From NCBI GenBank assembly GCA_046075565.1, contig JBJTQJ010000095.1:1-27284 (forward strand): a DNA stretch of 27,284 nucleotides, written 5' to 3'. The DNA is from Verrucomicrobiales bacterium (GTDB lineage: Bacteria > Verrucomicrobiota > Verrucomicrobiia > Verrucomicrobiales > SLCJ01). This document shows, one piece after another, positions 26,885-27,284 of the stretch (position 1 is its first letter; each line of letters starts with the position of its first letter). Made by a program: the position numbers and the translations under genes. A model generated the notes under the pieces. The model saw only the letters and a program-made list of their open reading frames with translations. It had not been told where the DNA came from and searched no databases.

Positions 26885-27170
26885 TGGGAAAAAACGTGGG
26901 ATTACATCTGGCAGCGGATTCTACGCCTTGGCTCGGCCTGATTTTGCACGGAATTCTGCAGTTTCCCCCTTTCCAGCACCGTGCAAACAACCGCAGCCCG
27001 GATTGCCCACCGAAGCACGGGAAACTTCGCTGTTTCCCGCAATTTTCCCGGCTAACTGGCGTAGTAATCGGACCGGAGTTGTCCCACCCCCTGGTATTTC
27101 TCGCGGTGCCGGGCAACTGCCCTGCATTCAAAACTTTCTTACCAAGCCCATCGTCTCCATCTTCCTCGCC

Positions 27171-27284
27171 ATGTCTTCTTCTTCTCCCGTTGCCCAAACC
27201 TTCTCCCTCCCCGTGCCCGAGCGAGGATTTGTCAGTCTGAAACCAGCCGAAAATTGGGAACAAGGCCTCATCACCGCGAACGGC
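27171..27284 (+). CDS. N-terminus of a GH95 (alpha-fucosidase-like)/GH65-N-type glycoside hydrolase, truncated by the window end
   Basis: Not in the ORF track. ATG 27171 gives MSSSSPVAQTFSLPVPERGFVSLKPAENWEQGLITANG, matching the PA-x-x-W-E-x-x-L-x-x-x-NG start of GH95 N-terminal domains. Only 38 codons visible. Confidence 0.6.
   Translation, partial: MSSSSPVAQTFSLPVPERGFVSLKPAENWEQGLITANG

Overview
GC-rich bacterial window, probably Verrucomicrobiota or another PVC lineage (inferred from the gene families, frequent ATGA overlaps and REP-like hairpins). Left part (1-7455) is housekeeping: a partial ilvB, a secreted esterase, and a speA-TlpA-M16 peptidase operon. Middle part (7594-17990, +) is a ten-gene sugar-catabolic-like locus: DUF6807/PmoA-like protein, TIM-barrel epimerase/eliminase, Tat-type Gfo/Idh/MocA oxidoreductase, SDR, ROK kinase, SIS isomerase, stand-alone catalytic-domain MetE-like Zn enzyme, MBL-fold hydrolase and two more Gfo/Idh/MocA enzymes. 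Two of the first three genes each carry a single in-frame stop (TAA 8155, TAG 9470) that splits or truncates them in the ORF track. Right part (18022-26884, -) is a secreted glycan-degradation cluster: sulfatase, GH78, DUF1080, SHD1-SASA esterase and a 702-aa unknown with a Cys/His core. A divergent GH95-like gene starts at the right edge. Four intergenic spacers hold paired palindromic REP/REPIN-like or MITE-like elements of different families. The best candidate for an undescribed system is the MetE-like thiol alkyltransferase embedded in a sugar kinase/isomerase/dehydrogenase operon. No rRNA, tRNA, CRISPR array or transposase was seen.
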